A stretch of DNA of 64,000 nucleotides from an uncultured Chloroflexia bacterium (GTDB taxonomy: Bacteria; Chloroflexota; Anaerolineae; JAAEKA01): positions 9,289 through 73,288 of the forward strand of contig CAVPXC010000033.1 of NCBI GenBank assembly GCA_963709505.1. The letters run 5' to 3'. Position 1 is the stretch's first letter. Each line of letters opens with the position of its first letter. A program made the position numbers and the translations under genes. Positions 61,799 to 64,000 of this stretch are shown in pieces. The notes beneath the pieces were generated by a model. The model was not told where the DNA came from, did no database searches, and saw only the letters and a list, made by a program, of their open reading frames with translations.

Positions 61799-62164
61799 GT
61801 GAAAATCATGATTGACGATCCGCAAGGTCGCTTTTTACACATCTACTGCGACGAAAGCCGGCAGACAGCCGATCGCTACATGGTGATTGGCGGTATCATC
61901 GCACAGCGCGAGAATGAAACCTCCTTTGCCGAAGCCATGAAGCTCTTTCGGCAAGGCCAGAACATGCATGCCGAGTTGAAGTGGACAAAGGTGTCCAAAA
62001 TGAACGGAGCACACACGCGCACCGGCGCCAAACGCGCCAAGGTGACCTTGGCAGAGTATATCGCCGCCAAGGCTGGGTTGTTGAACCTACAGCAGCCAAC
62101 TCCGCGCAGCCACAGGCATTTCTCGATCTGGCATTTTCACTTCCGAGGTTTCTTGAATCGATGA
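61799..62164 (+). CDS. DUF3800-like protein, probably truncated or degraded
   Basis: N-terminal LHIYCDES...AELKWTKVSK is DUF3800-like, but the remainder has no family character. Lies in a lower-GC segment. Confidence 0.35.
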   Translation: MKIMIDDPQGRFLHIYCDESRQTADRYMVIGGIIAQRENETSFAEAMKLFRQGQNMHAELKWTKVSKMNGAHTRTGAKRAKVTLAEYIAAKAGLLNLQQPTPRSHRHFSIWHFHFRGFLNR

Positions 62165-62561
62165 TCGAAGACGACTAGAGCGCGAGAGTCTCCCGGAGCG
62201 CTCTGCTGTTGCCGAAAACAAAAAATGCCTCAAACCCTACGCCCTTGCGGGCTACTCCTAAAGGAGTTTCCGTGACGTCATCACGGTTTTCGGGTTTGAT
62301 GGCACTTTTCTATCTTGATTATATCACATCTTGTCAAGACCTGAGTAACCTTGGACCCAAGATATCATCGACAACTGCCAGAACGAGCCAATTATGCAGC
62401 AATCTGCTGCACAATTGGTATGGTTTCAGAGTTTCATGGAGCGACGATTTCGTTGGAGGAGAGAAAAGGCAAACCGTTTTATCGCTGGTACTATGACCCA
62501 ACTTGTGCAATTTGCCGGAAGGCGTATATGATTCGATCAAATGGCGCTCAAGGAGTCACCG

Positions 62562-62813
62562 ATGCAGATCACAATCACTGTCCCTCAAGAACCGTTCCTG
62601 GCTGAGCCGCGTGAGAGTGTATCCAGGAAAATCCGCCTTTATGCTGCGCTCGGCATGTATCGCGCCAGTGAATTGTCTATCGGCGCGGCGTGTGAACTGG
62701 CGGGTGTCGATCGATACACATTCCTCGAATTCTGTAAGCGCCAGGACGTTTCGTTGCAGACCCAAACACCCAGCGAACTAGAAACAGAATTCAAAATGAA
62801 CCTGCCTCGCTAG
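62562..62813 (+). CDS. UPF0175-family antitoxin-like protein (no cognate toxin adjacent)
   Basis: AAGGAG RBS. LYAALGMYRASELSIGAACELAGVDRYTFLEFC. Confidence 0.55.
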   Translation: MQITITVPQEPFLAEPRESVSRKIRLYAALGMYRASELSIGAACELAGVDRYTFLEFCKRQDVSLQTQTPSELETEFKMNLPR

Positions 62814-62974
62814 CCCGATCCCTCAGAGACTAAGGGGGGCAGGCCGCCACACTCGGCGACTTTTCGCGAGGCAGGAGAAGCCCGTGGGCTTTTTGTCCTG
62901 ACAGGGTCAAAAAGCTCCTCCAACTAGCCTTTTCGGGCAAGCCACCTACGAAGAGCGTGACCGATAATCCTCCA

Positions 62975-64000
62975 ATGTCCATCACCACCCTCGTCAAATC
63001 GATCCAAGACATCATGCGCCAGGACGCCGGCGTGGACGGCGACGCGCAGCGCATCTCGCAGCTCGTCTGGATGCTCTTCCTCAAGATCTACGACGACAAG
63101 GAGGTCGAGTACGAGCTCGATCCGGCCTACGTCTCGCCGATCCCTGACCGCTTCCGCTGGCGAAGCTGGGCAGCCGACGACGAAGGCATGACCGGCGACG
63201 AGCTGCTGGCTTTCGTCAACAACGACCTGTTTCCCGGCCTCAAGGGCCTGCAGTTCAGCGCAGTCGACGACCCACGCGGCTACATCGTGCAGGACGTCTT
63301 CACCGACGCCTACAACTACATGAAGTCGGGCACGTTGATCCGCCAGGTGATCAACAAGATCAACCAGATCGACTTCAACTCGATGCAGGAGCGCCACCTG
63401 TTCAACGACCTGTACGAGAAGATCCTGCGCGACCTGCAGAGCGCCGGCAACGCCGGCGAGTACTACACCCCGCGCGCCGTGACCCAATTCATGGTCGACG
63501 TGACCGATCCCAAGCTGGACGGCGTGGTGCTGGACCCGGCGACAGGCACGGGCGGCTTCCTGATCTGCGCGCTGGAGCACATCCGCAGCAAGTACGTGCA
63601 CACCACCGAGGACGCCGAGCGGCTGAGCCGGTCGATCCGGGGAGTCGAGAAGAAGCCGCTGCCGCATTTATTATGCGTCATCAACATGATCCTGCACGAC
63701 GTCGAGACGCCGCACGTCGAGCGCGACAATGCCCTGTCGCGCCGGCCCTACCGCGATTACACCGACAAAGACCGGGTGCGCTACATCTTCACCAACCCGC
63801 CCTTTGGCGGCATGGAGGAGCCGGGCGTCGAGAGCAACTTCCCGTCGCAGTTCCAGACCAAGGAGACCGCCGACCTGTTCCTGGCGCTGATCGTGCACCT
63901 GCTGCAAGACGGCGGCCAGGGCGCGATCGTGCTGCCCGACGGCTCGCTGTTCGGCGAGGGCGTCAAGACCCGGCTGAAGGAGCACCTGCTCGAGCGCTGC
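62975..64000 (+). CDS. hsdM: Type I restriction-modification system M subunit (N6-adenine methyltransferase), 3' end outside window
   Basis: MSITTLVKSIQDIMRQDAGVDGDAQRISQLVWMLFLKIYDD N-terminus, YYTPR, DPATGTGGFL, and NPPFGG. The frame is open to base 64000. Confidence 0.9.
   Translation, partial: MSITTLVKSIQDIMRQDAGVDGDAQRISQLVWMLFLKIYDDKEVEYELDPAYVSPIPDRFRWRSWAADDEGMTGDELLAFVNNDLFPGLKGLQFSAVDDPRGYIVQDVFTDAYNYMKSGTLIRQVINKINQIDFNSMQERHLFNDLYEKILRDLQSAGNAGEYYTPRAVTQFMVDVTDPKLDGVVLDPATGTGGFLICALEHIRSKYVHTTEDAERLSRSIRGVEKKPLPHLLCVINMILHDVETPHVERDNALSRRPYRDYTDKDRVRYIFTNPPFGGMEEPGVESNFPSQFQTKETADLFLALIVHLLQDGGQGAIVLPDGSLFGEGVKTRLKEHLLERC

Noticed and set aside
62209-62605. Short ORFs 62209..62496 and 62351..62605 as the missing toxin for the UPF0175 antitoxin.
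   Set aside because: They overlap each other, have no recognisable PIN/DUF3368 motifs, and lie upstream rather than downstream of the antitoxin.

Overview
This is a GC-rich bacterial chromosomal segment. The gene content and repeat style suggest a Chloroflexota-like organism, but that taxon call is inference only. All protein calls come from reading the supplied translations and recalling family motifs; no searches were run.

Gene order, left to right:
- Cytochrome oxidase biogenesis genes: a ctaG fragment, SURF1, a YtkA-like lipoprotein and ctaB.
- Two bactofilins, then YigZ, a tocopherol-cyclase-like gene and ino1.
- A panB-panE-panC-coaX-panD operon.
- A LysW-dependent alpha-aminoadipate lysine cluster: lysW/X/Y/Z/J, hcs, hacAB, hicdh and lysK.
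- queF.
- A copper/redox island of about 14 kb. It holds a Met-rich protein, a small multicopper oxidase, YtkA-like, DUF1573, SHOCT and two rhodaneses. It also holds a histidine kinase / SseB-like / degenerate NtrC-like regulator triad. It ends with a PCFCGC lipoprotein and two CuA-type cupredoxins flanking a NapH-like polyferredoxin.
- A CPA2 antiporter, a decayed AAA ATPase and DUF4058.
- An FG-GAP/ASPIC-cytochrome c peroxidase fusion.
- A sugar ABC cluster.
- A DUF433/DUF5615 toxin-antitoxin pair translationally coupled to a type I R-M operon (hsdR, hsdM).

No rRNA, tRNA, CRISPR, transposase or phage genes were recognised.

Most notable observations:
1. Two in-frame UGA codons sit at Cys positions of redox motifs, each followed by a SECIS-like hairpin. 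These are candidate selenoproteins.
2. An orphan CuA / FeS / cytochrome c module has no catalytic oxidase or NosZ partner.
3. About 20 loci carry STRR-like 7-8 nt tandem arrays arranged as inverted pairs, and some are read through in frame inside lysine-pathway genes.
4. A perfect 44-bp-arm palindromic element is inserted in frame in hicdh.
5. A Lys-codon leader peptide plus tandem terminators lies upstream of lysW.
6. The density of apparent frameshifts is unusually high. From sequence alone these cannot be told apart from assembly indels.
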